DNA of 64,000 nt from Octopus sinensis. Its lineage: Eukaryota. Location: positions 68,634,001 to 68,698,000 of the forward strand of contig NC_043007.1 of assembly GCF_006345805.1 (NCBI RefSeq), read 5' to 3'. The notes under the pieces are model-generated. The model saw only the letters and a list, made by a program, of their open reading frames with translations, had not been told where the DNA came from and searched no databases. A program made the translations under genes and the position numbers. The first letter of the stretch is position 1, and each line of letters opens with the position of its first letter. Of the stretch, positions 1 to 13,485 are shown one piece after another.

Positions 1-701
1 GGAATTTTATTACTTGGTTTTCAAGCTACTTGGAAACCAAGATTTTCTGTTTTATTATATATGTCAGTACATATTACAATGTTATCCTTAATTACTAGAC
101 TGACATCTAAATAATTTATATTTTTTTATATTATTACCATTTCTGGTGGCTATGTATGTTTGTGTACCTGTGTTTGCTCTCCCCACTATCGCTTGACAAC
201 CGATGTTGGTGTGTTTACGTCCCCGTAATTTAGAATTAAAAAATATGTTTGGATGCTTTTCTGTACGTATATATTGTACCTATGTTTCTTCAAAATATAG
301 TGAGAAGTAGTTTCTCAATTCGTATTTCACTTCTCTGCACTGATGATTTTATATTATTTTCTGACTATATCGCTTCACATTTTCACGATCATTGTTTTTC
401 ATAGAATCAAATATTTCATTAATGCCACATACTATACTAGATTTGACATTCTAGCCTACGTTCTTGAAATGTTTCTTACAAGGAAAAAAAGACAAAGCGT
501 TATTCTATACTTTAATTATTTGTTTCAACCATTGAACTGTTGTCATACTGCGGTGCCATCTTGTTTGTTTTACGGCCACTGATCGCATACGAACATATAT
601 CGGTTATGAAACGATTTCAGCTAAAGACAAACCAGAGGGTGAGAAAATTAGATACTACCACACAACGCACACAACCAAACATAACTCTGTGTGTGACTGA
701 A

Positions 702-782
<81 letters not shown>

Positions 783-1165
783 AAGCATAAGCAGACACAC
801 AGGCATAACACTCACACATATATGCATACATACATATATATATATTTACACATTTATATACACGTTTGTAGGTTTCAATAGGGTGTAACACGAAACTATG
901 AAATATGAGTTTTCGACTCCTGCTGAAAAAATGTGCTATAAGTTTTCACTGGGCTTCGCTTCATTCCTCGTTATCGCCACCGAGAGACGCAGTGCCAATC
1001 CATGTCTCCAATATAGAGGAGACCATGTAGTTCCGGTTAACATGTCTGAAAAGTCATCAATAATGTTTAAGAGCAATAGTCGGCGTGAAACGGATAACAT
1101 ATTTTAAACAATTATATATCATAACCAGTATATATTACTCACCAGCATCTATCTATCTATTTATC

Positions 1166-1248
<83 letters not shown>

Positions 1249-1353
1249 CCAAATAATATTCTACAACATATACTTGTAAGAAAATATATTGTATATATGT
1301 ACATATTTATATATTATATATAATATTCCGTTATATATATATTATATATATGT

Positions 1354-1663
1354 GAAGGCGCAATGGCCCAGTGGTTAGGGCAGCGGTCTCGCGGTCGTAG
1401 GATCGTGGTTTTGATTCCCAGACCGGGCGTTGTGAGTGTTTATTGAGCGAAAACACCTAAAGCTCCACGAGGCTCTGGCAGGGGGTCGTGGCGATCGCTG
1501 CTGTACTCTTTCGCCACAACTTTCTCTCACTCTTTCTTCTGTTGGCCTGCTCGCTTAGCCAGCGGGGTGGTGTCATTTCAAGGCTAAAACAATGCGAAGC
1601 GCATTGTGACCAGCGATGTGTAGCAACATCTGATAGCCTGGTCGGTCACGGTGATCACGGTGA
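1354..1663 (+). mobile_element. tRNA-derived SINE family A, tail type 1
   Basis: A-box TGGCCCAGTGG and B-box-like GGTTTTGATTCC. Head and core shared with 10841-11230(-) and 39234-39541(+). Ends in a TCACGGTGA tandem. Confidence 0.9.
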
Positions 1664-1687
1664 TATTATATACATAATATATATAAT

Positions 1688-1723
<36 letters not shown>

Positions 1724-2112
1724 GATATTATATTATATTATATATATTGTAACTACAGTAATCCATCGACTATCGCGGGTGTTACGTTCCAAAAGCCCCG
1801 CGATAGATAGAAACAGTATTATATTGTATATTTTTTCTAATTATATTTATAATTTGCATATATTTATTTTGCTATAAATGCAAAACAACACCATCGAGGA
1901 ATCGATGTAAGCTTAAATAATAAACCGCGATATGACGAGGGATTGCTGTATCTTGCATCTTATATATATATATATATATATAAGTTGAGTGTAGAAATTC
2001 GGGGTGAGTACTTGATAATTATAAGCACCGGTGTATACCGTTTGGTGGGTAGTAGGGTGGAGTAAATTGATCAAAATAAAAATAAAAATAAAGACATGAG
2101 GCGAAGGATTCA

Positions 2113-2190
2113 GCGGTACATATGTTTCGGGCCTTTATTAGACAGATTCATAACAAATCATAATGTATGTCTGTGGCCTTCTTCAGCCGC
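2113..2190 (-). ncRNA. Type I hammerhead ribozyme, left arm
   Basis: Minus strand: GCGG-CTGAAGA-A-GGCC...GGCCC-GAAAC-ATAT-GTA-CCGC. Confidence 0.8.
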
Positions 2191-4515
2191 GCACAACAGC
2201 TTCCACAAGGACATGTGTACTTCCTAAATTCTTGGTTGGGGATGCAAATCTTCTCGTTCCCGTACGACATAATGCGGCAGCAGCATCGAATTGAATCGTC
2301 CATCTCTTTCCTCTCTCAATGTAGAATGAGGAAACTTGGATGTGAGGTAATGTAAATAAATAATAAATACGTATATAGAGGTGAAGATGGAGGGGCGAGA
2401 GTTCGGGACGAGGGATAAAAAATATAAAATAATATAAAATAATATGAAAATGTAGAGGATAAAGATATAAAGAGTTGTAAGGAGATGTAAAGGGGGTATA
2501 AAGAAATATAAAGAAATATAAATAAATGTAAAGGCATAATGTTGTAAAGTAAAAATAGAAATGGAAATAATAGTAAAAGAAGTAAAAGAACCTGATAAAA
2601 ACATGATAAAAGTGTAAAAGAATGTAAAGATAAGGGATGTATAGAGGTCGCGGACCCAGCATGGTGGTCAGGAGATGATAAAAACTTAGTTGTAGAACTG
2701 TCAGTAAATTAACGGTTTCGTCGTAAATCAGAGCTGATGAGAGTTTAATCTGGTTCCTTGAATTAAATGGACTTTCAGTACATACATATCATCATGGGTA
2801 CATACACCCACATACACGCGTACATATACGTCTCCAAGTCTATAAGCAAACACACGCACTCGCGTGTAAAACACGTACATAAACACACACGCACCACACG
2901 CACGCGCGCACACACACATACATACAACAGAATAGCCGCATATTAGACGGACATTACGCGCGTACACGCTCACATGTATATACGCGTGCCCCTCACTACA
3001 TACGTACACGTATATGCCCACGTCTCTAGGTTAGGTATAAGATATAAAGGATGTGTATAAGAACATATGTAAAGAATCCCGTACTCATGTTAATACGCGC
3101 ACGCACACACGGCTGTGTGTCCGTATGTGCGTGCACATATATATATTCACATACACACACAGAGACACACGCGCCATGGGTATAGTCATAAGATATCGAA
3201 GTATGCATGTACATATACGCGCGCGCATATGTATGTATGCGCATACACACGTACGCGGACGCTCGGATACTCAAAAAAGGGATCCATAGGAAAGTAAATA
3301 AACATATATAGAGGTGTAAAGCGATTTTCTTATTTTATACTGTATTTTTTATTTCTAATCTTTACCCTACCCTCATTTACCCTAATTTATCGCTTTACAC
3401 CTCTATATATGTTTATTACTTCCTATGGATCCGCTTTTTGAGTATCCGAGCGTCCGCGTACGTGTGTATGCGCATACATACATATGCGCGCGCGTATATG
3501 TACATGCATACTTCGATATCTTATGACTATACCCATGGGCGCGTGTGTCTCTGTGTGTGTATGTGAATATATATATGTGCACGCACATACGGACACACAG
3601 CCGTGTGTGCGTGCGCGTATTAACATGAGTACGGGATTCTTTACATATGTTCTTATACACATCCTTTAATATCTTATACCTAGACCTAGAGGACGTGGGA
3701 TATACGTGTACGTATGTAGTGAGGGGCGCGCGTATATACATGTGAGCGTGTACGCGCGTAATGTCCGTCTATATATGCGGCTATTCTGTTGTAGTATGTG
3801 TGTGTGTTGGCGCGTGCGTGTGGGTGCGTTGTGTGTTTATGTACGTGTTTACACGCGAGTGCGTGTGTTTGCTTATAGACTTGGAGACGTATATGTACGC
3901 GTGTATGTGGGTGTATGTACCCATGATGATATGTATGTACTGAAAGTCCATTTAATTCAAGGAACCAGATTAAACTCTCATCAGCTCTGATTTACGACGA
4001 AACCGTTAATTTACTGACAGTTCTACAACTAAGTTTTATCAATCTCCTGACCACCATGCTGGGTCCGCGACCTCTATACATCCCTTATCTTTACATTCTT
4101 TTACACTTTTATCATGTTTTTATCAGGTTCTTTACTTCTTTTACTATTATTTCCATTTCTATTTTTACTTACAACATTATGCTTTACATTTATTTATATT
4201 TCTTTATATTCTTTTACCCCATTTACATCTCCTTACACTCTTTATATCTTTATCCTCTACATTTTTATATTATTTTATATTATTTTATATTTTTATCCCT
4301 CGTCCCGAACTCTCGCCCCTCCATCTTCACCTCTATATACGTATTTATTTATTTACATTACCTCAACATCCAAGTTTCCTCATTCTACATTGAGAGAGGA
4401 AAGAGATGACGATTCAATTCGATGCTGCTGCCGCATTATGTCGTACGGGAACGAGAGATTTGCATCCCCAACAAGATTTAGGAAGTAAAACATGTCCTTG
4501 TGGAAGCTGTTGTGC

Positions 4516-4593
4516 GCGGCTGAAGAAGGCCACAGACATACATTATGATTTGTTATGGAATTGTCTTAATAAAGGCCGAAACATATGTACCGC
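4516..4593 (+). ncRNA. Type I hammerhead ribozyme, right arm
   Basis: Stem I GCGG/CCGC, core CTGAAGA(+A), stem II GGCC/GGCC with inner AGACA/TGTCT, GAAA, palindromic stem III ACATATGT, GUA site (predicted cut after 4589). Confidence 0.85.
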
Positions 4594-4636
4594 TGAATCC
4601 TTCGCCTCATGTCTTTATTTTTATTTTTATTTTGAT

Positions 4637-4679
<43 letters not shown>

Positions 4680-4681
<2 letters not shown>

Positions 4682-4866
4682 TGCTATTAAGTTAGACATG
4701 GCCTGGACCAATCTTTGGTCGAAACAAATCTAAGTTTTATATATATATATATATAATATATATTGTATAATTGTTTATATTATATATAATATATATATAT
4801 ATATATAGGTGCTATTAAGTTAGACATGGCCTGGACCAATCTTTGGTCGAAACAAATCTAAGTTTT
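4680..4866 (+). repeat. Two identical 59-bp units (4680-4738, 4808-4866) embedded in (TA)n
   Basis: GGTGCTATTAAGTTAGACATGG...GGTCGAAACAAATCTAAGTTTT occurs twice. Confidence 0.9.
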
Positions 4867-4909
4867 ATATATATATATATAATATATATATAATATATAT
4901 TGTATAATT

Positions 4910-4949
<40 letters not shown>

Positions 4950-5502
4950 TATAATATATATATATATTACATTATATATGTCATTGTTGTAAAGTGGGTT
5001 CCTCCCACTGGTGTAATGTGTGACTACCGTTGTACTGTAATTGCTGTTTTTCGCTAGTACTCACAATAGTTACTAGTCATCAGATGCCGTTGAATCCCTT
5101 CGTACAGGAATACGCTAACTTCTAACTTACTATGGCTGATAGCACCACAAGACACCGATTCGAACTGTTCGTCTCTCGACCTACTCTTGACGACTGGCTA
5201 TTGTTTTATATATAATGGCTTTACCTACCACTTTTTCTCGGGAGGGGTATACACTTTCACTCTAATACGTATATATATATGTTTGTGGTCCTAGGTGTCG
5301 TTGTGCGTGTGCGCTTGTGTGCATGTATGTATATGTGTATGGCTGTTTCTGTCTATCTCCCTACCATCGCTTCATAACCGGTGTTGATGTGTTTAAGTCC
5401 ACGTAACCTAGCGGTTCGGGAAAATTTATTCATTCGAGTAAAAATTCTTCAAGACGGCACCCCAACATGTCTGTAGTCTAATGCCTAATACAAGTAAGAG
5501 AT

Positions 5503-5540
<38 letters not shown>

Positions 5541-5549
5541 GTGTGTGTG

Positions 5550-5588
<39 letters not shown>

Positions 5589-5814
5589 TGTGTGTTTGTG
5601 TGTGTATGTATGCATGGATGTATGTTACAGAGTAAAATAGTGGAATTAGTTGTATCTTAAAAATCATAATAAAGATAAGTATATAATATTATCAACATTG
5701 TATTAATAAAGTTTAACTATGATTATTAAAATGTTTTAAAATGTTTAAAAGTTTTTAGGATCGTTTAGTGAATATACTTCCTCTTAAAATAAAATGTAAA
5801 GATGATAAGCATTG

Positions 5815-5846
<32 letters not shown>

Positions 5847-5925
5847 GTATGTGTGTATATATATATCTTTTTATATACAAAGTGACAAAAAATGCTCAGT
5901 TGACATATATATATGTGTGTGTGAG

Positions 5926-5966
<41 letters not shown>

Positions 5967-6639
5967 GTGTGTGTGCGTACGTGTACAGAGCGTATTTCAT
6001 TCGCTTTTATGCTGCAAACCTCTATTTTCCTCATCTTTCATTATGTCCTTTATCAGATGTTATCATATTTGACTGGGCGTCCTGCTTTTGTTTTTTTGGT
6101 TTTTTCGTCCCACACTTCTAACCTTCACTTCATTCTGAGAATTAACTTCGCTCGATGATCTTTCTTTTTATTCAATGTCTGTGATTAGGACTCCTCCTTG
6201 TATTTCTTGCACTTCACTTCTATTTCTTATTGTACATTGAAGTGCTACCTGTTCCTTTATTTTGGGAATTCCGATCCCTAATTCACCTTCAATATTCTTA
6301 ATGATTCATTCTATTTTCCATTTTTCTCTTGTTGTCTCTGTCTCTCTCGCTCTATGTGTGTGGAAGTGTGTATGTGTGTGTGTGTGTGTACGTGTGTGTG
6401 TGCGTGCGCGCGTGTTTCTGTATCTCTGAGTTTGTGTATGTGAGTGCATATGTATAGTTAAGTTATTGATCTCGCGGTCTCAAGATACTGATTTCGATTT
6501 TAAAACCGGCGTTACGTTCGTTCTTGAGCAAAAACACTTCATTTCACGTTGCTTCTGTCTACCCAGTTGTAAACAGACCACTCTGTGACGGATAACACAA
6601 TTTTCAGTCACTGTCCTTTGACTAAATTATAGTGAGCGA

Positions 6640-7250
6640 GAAATGAACTACCTTCACAAAATCTAAAATCCTGAAGTTGAGCTTTGTAGAGAATCATTCA
6701 ATAAAAAACCACTTCCAGACAAGATCCGAACAAAATATTGGAAATTCAGATAGCCTAGCTAATAATTTCATTTCCATAGATACTAGGACCTGCTTCTTTA
6801 TCAGCGAAGCTTCCCGGTAGTGCATGTAGAGTAAAATGCCTTCGGTGGACGCAGTTTTGAAAACGTTTATACATCATCAAAAGAGTTTTAATTGCTCCCA
6901 ACTGCCTTTATCATCTTAAACGTGAGTAAGAATGATCGGTCGCATTTTGGTAGTCATGCAAGTTTGGTAGTCATGCAACTCCCTTGAGTACAGACGAGAC
7001 ATTTGAATTGTTACATCTCTCACCGTAACTGTCTATGTGTATTGAAAAAGACTTCTCGGCAGTTTACTGGAGATAATATCAACTCAGAAACAATGTCCTT
7101 GAATGAGTGATGGCAGATGAAATTGACAAAATATTTGGTACCGATTATAACCAATTCCCATGAACTCACATAAAATGGATTACTATGATCTAAGACACGG
7201 CGAGATAATCTGTATCACGTATGAATTCAAAATCCACGAGATAAGCAACT
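6640..7250 (-). pseudogene. Very degenerate LINE reverse-transcriptase remnant
   Basis: Minus strand shows traces resembling the ..DH.., GVPQG and (F/Y)xDD motifs in the expected order, with many stops and frameshifts. Confidence 0.35.
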
Positions 7251-8006
7251 TAACGATATAATTATTTCGTTTCTGAACATATTTAGAAATATATCAATTC
7301 TGTTTTTATGCCGTTCATGTGTTTAATGAATTAGTGATCTGAGAGCAGTGTCATTACATAATAAAAACTAACCGAAACAAAAATACAGATCGTAAGTCCT
7401 ACTAACTACGAACTCACAATCTCTAATTCATTATTAATGTTAAACTGATGTTGAATTGATGTTAAGTTGATGACAAATGCCTAGACGTCTTGACAATAAA
7501 TCTCATAGCTAAAAACTGAATATCCCAAGGCGAAATGTAATAAACTTGCGACAGGCTTTTGTTTAATTCTGTTACTATTGTTATATATAATATCGACTAA
7601 CTGCAAATCGATTTGACTTGTGTATCGTTTCTATATTAATATTCGTTCCTTGAAACTAATGTAACTTCAGCTCCAGGCCAGAATCAATTAACTTAATTTA
7701 TAAGGCTGACGAATACATGAATATAAACATCGTTATTTGAAATTTCCATTAGATTTTGACAAAATATTATATCATCATAAAACATGAACTTTATTGTATG
7801 TGGAAAGAATGGAAAACATGAACTTCAATTATGAATCTTATATACATATCGGTATATTCGCAAATTATGAGTGACAACCGTAAAACGGACATGAGTCTAC
7901 TAAATAACTAAATACAACAAAGGCGCACATATCACATCCAAACATAATCTTCGAAGCCACGGTGATATTTTTCCTTGTAAAATTTATGTGTGTGTATGTG
8001 TGTGTA

Positions 8007-9259
8007 GGGTGTTCGGGTTAAATTTGACAGTTTGCATAAGAGGATAAGAAAACACAATTTCCCGTCCAAATATAAAGTTTTTTTTTTTTTAATCAGAAAA
8101 TATCAACTGACTATGGCTGGGAGATAACAATTTACTCAATGTAGCTGCCCTCACCTTTCACCATTGCTTCCAAGGCTCCGAATCATGGCGAATGATTTCT
8201 TCACTCTGTCCCTAGGAAGATCTTCCAGTACCTCCTTTATCACGGCAATCAGCTCGGCTTTTGTGTCGGAGAAAGAAAGATTAATGTCTTTCTCATCCTT
8301 GGCCATATATATGAACACAACCAAGGGAGTTAGTGGCGTAACTGGAACTAGTGAAATCGTACAAGTTCTCTAAGGACCACTTCTGACTCTTTTCGGTCGT
8401 ATTCTAAGGATCCGAATTCTGATGCCACACATAAGGCCTTCCAGTAGCAACCATATCCAGTCAGGGTTTGACCAGTGTAACCAGCAACTTCAAACAGCCA
8501 TCTGAATTCAGCCTAAGGTCCTGTTCAAAGATGTGAAGCGGCATGGCGGTGCACTCACTGGAAACACACCAATCACTGTCAAAGTTTGGGAGAACATGGT
8601 TATCATGATACGTGGGATATCACATGGATATATTCTGGGCATTGTGAAACTTGTCCTAGCAAAAGTTCTTTTCATCTGAGAAGATCCAGATCATCCCCGG
8701 CTCACCTTGTTCAGAAGCAGCTTCTTTGCCTTCGTCGAACGATTCTCCATGGTTTTGATTGCCAGAATTTGTCCTTAATGCCTCTTTTACGGGTGATTGC
8801 AAACACCCTCATCTAGGACCAAATTCATGGTGGTGACTCTAATACCCATCTCTCATGCCAAAGTACACATTCCTTTACTCGGATCTTCTGCCATCTTGCT
8901 CTGCATTTGTGGGATGAATTCTGGTCTGTGGAGACAGCCAGGGCGCATGCTGCCCCATTTTCTGCTGGGTGCGACTTCATGGTCTTCGTTGTCCATGTCA
9001 CGTCTTACAGCCTTTACAGTGTTCACAGTGAATTGAGCAGTAGCCATGGTGTCGGGATCTTAATACACGATGCGAATCATCATGAGACAGGTAATTCCTT
9101 TTCCAAACCACAGATGGCTTCGAATTCTCCATATCGGTTAACTTATTCCCAACTACGAATTTAATATTTACGCATTCCAAAACCAAAACCGTTGACAGCT
9201 CACCAATACATCAAGATGTTTCTGTAAAAGGAGACGTAAAAATCGTGAAATTTAGGCAC

Positions 9260-9260
<1 letters not shown>
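8007..9260 (-). mobile_element. Decayed Tc1/mariner (maT-like) DNA transposon
   Basis: Minus-strand peptides RPEFIPQMQSKMAEDPSK and PYVWHQNSDP parallel RIPEFVGELEAIMDNDPSK and YVWQQDSAP of the 21-kb copy. TA-GGGTG terminus and partial TIR. Confidence 0.85.
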
Positions 9261-9333
<73 letters not shown>

Positions 9334-10324
9334 ATGTGCGTATGTGTGTGTCTGCGTATGCATGTGCGTGTGTGTGCATGTGCATATGCGTGTGTAATTT
9401 TATATATAATTTAATATAGAGGGGCCTTTAACCAACATTGTGAGTAGCGACGAATGTTAAAAATTGATCGCCACAGTATGTATCCGGATGGAAGAGAAAA
9501 GGGGACATCTCTACGCGGGTTTCTATTCATGCTGTCTTTGTCATCTATACACATTTGTGCATGCGTTTGAGTATGAATGCATGTGTATGTAAGCTATATA
9601 GAGGTGGATATTCACATATCTACGCATACAGGCATATATGTGTAGCGGGTACGTGTGTTTCTATGTGCATTGTTAGTTTGAATGTAACGGGTGGGATACA
9701 AAATAAAGCTGTAACACAAAGATAACTGGATTCCAAATTACATTTAAAACTAATTAATAATATGATGTTCAGATTGACGAAAATGCTTTAGCGTTAATGA
9801 GGACTTAATGAAGTTGATGATATGCACTTGTTTGTAAGGGACTCTCTTTTATTTCATTACACTGTTTTATACTCTGAAGTGGTACATTTTCCGAGAACTG
9901 GTATGGTTGGTTGCAACGATGTTTAAAATCGGTTTCAGCCAAACAAGTTAATGTAACATGCGAAAATCTAAGTGATTGAGAATCGGCAAATTAAGCTTTT
10001 AATTATGGACATGTGAGTTAACTCGATAAGAGAATTTTTTTTTTTTGCTTTTGTTCTTTGTATATCTTGCTGTTGTTTTTTTTGTGTTTTTGTTGCTATT
10101 TTTATTATTTTTTTTTGTTTTGCATCGAAATAACAATTGAGCGAGACATTGTCGACAAAAAGTTTCTTGTTGACTAATTGTTTCTAGCTAGCCTTTCCAA
10201 AGTCCTGAACATTAACTTGTTTTCTAATTTAGTTTAACAATCATGGTTAAAACGATGATGAACCATACTGTAAAATTAAATCTTGTTTTCAAGTATGTGC
10301 TTAATTTGAAAAAAAATTGTTTTT

Positions 10325-10730
10325 GCTCTTATTAGACTGCAGCTATGCTGGTGCACCGCCTTGAAGAATTTTTACTCGAATTAATCAACCCCAGTACTTA
10401 CTTTTTCTTAAGCCTGGTACTTATTCTATCAATCTCTTTGGTCGAACCGCAAAGTTACACCTGTTTTAAAGTGGTGATAGTTGTGGGAGACAAACACAGA
10501 CTCAAAAGGACACACACACACAAACACACACATACACAAACACACATACACTCACACACAACAGGTTTCTTTCATTTTCACAAGTCTCTGGTCGGCCCAA
10601 GGCCATAGTAGAAGATACTTGCCCAAGGTACCACACAGTGGAACTGAATTCGGAACCATGTGGTTGGGAAGCAATATTCTTACAGCCGAGGCTATAGTAG
10701 AAGACACTACCCCAAGGTGCCACGCTGAAG
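10325..10730 (-). mobile_element. SINE family B with internal CA microsatellite, degenerate
   Basis: Reverse complement of the head and tail seen at 13993-14410. Confidence 0.8.
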
Positions 10731-10840
10731 TAAAGTGAAACCAAAAAGTGGGGGGGAGTGCAATTATGAGACTAAAGCAAAACTGCTGACAGAGAAATAC
10801 ATCAGTTGCAACAGATAAAGATAAATTCTTATGGATGGAA

Positions 10841-11230
10841 GCACTTCTTTAGCACTCCGTCGGTTACGACGATGAAAGTTCCGGTAGATCCGAATCAACG
10901 GAACAGCCTGCTCGTGAAATTAACGTGTAAGTGGCTGAGCACTCCACAGACACGTGTACCCTTAACGTAGTTCTCGGGGATATTCAGCGTGACACAGAGA
11001 GTGACAAGGCCGGCCCTTTGAAATACAGGTACAACAGAAACAGGAAGTAAGAGTGAGAGAAAGTTGTGGTGAGAGAGTACAGCAGGGATCACCACCATCC
11101 CCTGCCGGAGCCTCGTGGAGCTTTAGGTGTTTTCACTCAATAAACACTCACAACGCCCGGTCTGGGAATCGAAACCGCGATCCTATGACCGCGAGTCCGC
11201 TGCCCTAACCACTGGGCCATTGCGCCTCCA
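10841..11230 (-). mobile_element. tRNA-derived SINE family A, tail type 2
   Basis: Minus strand GGAGGCGCAATGGCCCAGTGGTTAGGGCAGCGGACTCGCGG...GGTTTCGATTCCC. Same core as the 1354 copy, different 3' tail. Confidence 0.9.
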
Positions 11231-11502
11231 CTCTTTACTTATATATACATAAACATACATCGCTCGTACATACATTCACTCACATACACACATATTATAT
11301 TTACCTGGGATTATATCTAATGGCCTATACCTTCACGGAAGTACGGACCAACCCCCATACCCTCTGGAAGAAGATGAGCTGTAAACTTTATTCTCCTGTC
11401 TGTATACTTCTATCAACTGTTTCACTATTTATTCTTCTATCTACTATTTTATTTTATTATAAACTGTGAATCTCCCTATCTAGAACTCTCCATACATACC
11501 TT

Positions 11503-11579
11503 GTCTCTGATGACGGAATACCCAAGGTACGGACATGCTAGCCTATCACCTGGGGATATGCCAGAAGCAGCAGTTGGAC
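11503..11579 (+). ncRNA. Degenerate hammerhead in a pLTR-like fragment (about 11300-11670)
   Basis: GTCT-CTGATGA-CGG...CCA-GAAGC-AGCA-GTT-GGAC; resembles 56893-56940. GAAA is mutated. Confidence 0.55.
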
Positions 11580-11691
11580 TTCAAGTTCATCGTACCCTAA
11601 TTAAATGTTCTTAATGACTTAAGATACTCGTCCTACCTTGGTTTTTGCTGTCTTTTTTACTTTAATATATGTACCTGCTTGCTGGGCCTAA

Positions 11692-11921
11692 GGCGGCGAG
11701 CTGGCAGAAACGTTAGCACGCCGGGCGAAATGCTTAGCAGTATTTCGTTTGCGTTACGTTGTGAGTTCAAATTCCACCGAGGTCGACTTTGCCTTTCATC
11801 CTTTCGGAGTCGATAAATTAAGTATCAGTTATGCACTGGGGTCGATGTAATCGACTTAATACCTATGCCTGTCCTTGTTTGTCCGCTCTGTGTTTGGCCC
11901 CTTGTGGGTAATAAAGAAATA
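11692..11921 (+). mobile_element. SINE family C (GGCGGCGAGCTGGCAGAA head)
   Basis: B-box GAGTTCAAATTCC and central GCCTTTCATCCTTTCGG(G/A)GTCGATAAA domain. Many copies in the window. Confidence 0.9.
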
Positions 11922-12092
11922 GGTATGAACGCGAAACCTAACGGGTAACCCATTATATCACTCAAAAAGCGTACCTATTCGTTTAGATCACCAGAGAACT
12001 AAACCCCTCATATTCTCCCTCTACGCACACACATATATATATTCATGTATATATATATATATGTGTGTGTGTGTATATATATATATATTTAT

Positions 12093-12556
12093 ATTATTAC
12101 ATTATATAAAAGGGCTTAGTAAAATAAATTACTTTGCCGCATACTGAACTCATTAGAAATAGCAACCAAAGAAAACTTTTTTAAAACTATTTCTAATACT
12201 TAAAGAAAACCTCTCTCATATAGTGTTTGTTCAATTCAACTCACGCAAATATGGGGGTAGAGACATTAAAAAATCAAGTGCACTTGATTTTTTAATGTCT
12301 CTACCCCCATATTTGCGTGAGTTGAATTGAGCAAACACTATATGAGAGAGGTTTTCTTTAAGTATTAGAAATAGTTTTAAAAAAGTTTTCTTTGGCTGCT
12401 ATTTCTAATGAGTTCAGTATGCGGCAAAGTAATTTATTTTACTAAGCCCTTTTATATAATGTAATAATTTGAATTCGCCTTAAATGGTCCCTTTGCATAC
12501 TGAATACTTGGTGAAATTGATTAATTAATTAATTTTACCCTCAATTGTTGAAATTA
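12093..12556. mobile_element. Spacer-less palindrome (188-bp arms, centre 12280/12281) plus one-sided tail, in (TA)n
   Basis: 12093-12280 is a near-perfect reverse complement of 12281-12468. Right arm and tail resemble 45870-46020 (CTGCTATTTCTAAT..GTATG.GG.AA, TACTTGGTG.AATTGAT). Confidence 0.9.
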
Positions 12557-12591
<35 letters not shown>

Positions 12592-12600
12592 CGTATACAC

Positions 12601-12632
<32 letters not shown>

Positions 12633-12769
12633 ATATATATGAGCATATTATGTAAGTGAATTTATGTACGATTGATGAATATATGTATGAATGTTGTATG
12701 TATGTACGCGTGCATGTGTACGTGTGCTTTCGTGTATGTGGGTGTATGCGTGTGTGTGTGTACGTGTGT

Positions 12770-12831
<62 letters not shown>

Positions 12832-13175
12832 AGACGAGTATGAAAGTATGCACTCGATCATAAAATCGTAAGTTCGATGACCAGAGTAGAAGATGCATAG
12901 TGCTCTTTGGCACAGTACTTTACTACTCATTTCTCCATTCCTCTCAGGTGACAAAAAACATTATTAGCGCTATCGGAATGTCATTTCAGTGTCAAGTTAG
13001 CACTGCACAACCAAATCGTTCAAGTATGAATAAGAATGTGTCAAACACACACACATACACACACATACGCCACACACACACACTATCTATCTATTTAACT
13101 CCCTCTCTCTTTCTCTCTTTGACTCTCTGTCTCTCTCTCCCTGTCTGTTTGCCTCTCTCTCTCTCTCTCACTGTA

Positions 13176-13227
<52 letters not shown>

Positions 13228-13236
13228 TATACATAC

Positions 13237-13414
<178 letters not shown>

Positions 13415-13485
13415 TGGAAAGAGTTATTAGAAAGGTCTTAAATATTCGGCCATACTGTGCCTACAAATACACATAGAAACATATA

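Larger units (their letters stand above)
1982..4640. mobile_element. Large fold-back non-autonomous Penelope-like/retrozyme element: arms 2066-3325 and 3389-4640, 63-bp spacer, one-sided tail 1982-2065
   Basis: Arms are reverse complements over about 1.25 kb, each with an HHR. Both ends abut (TA)n. No credible ORF. Confidence 0.8.

Noticed and set aside
1042-1101. ATGT-CTGAAAA...GAAACGGATA-ACAT hammerhead-like pattern
   Set aside because: G8 is uncompensated and stems II and III do not pair; cannot be told from chance.
1769-1822. 10-bp hairpin CTATCGCGGG/CCCGCGATAG followed by GAAACAGTA
   Set aside because: No CUGANGA core upstream; at most a heavily decayed relic. Not a bacterial terminator in this context.
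3326-3388. Spacer as true telomeric repeat or sequencing adapter
   Set aside because: Only irregular CCCTA-like units rather than (CCCTAA)n, and no resemblance to the SMRTbell hairpin adapter.
3971-4013. Second HHR-like motif in the palindrome arm (CTCATCA...GACGAAACCGTT; CTGATGAG on the opposite strand)
   Set aside because: Two core Gs are missing on one strand and there is no GAAA partner on the other.
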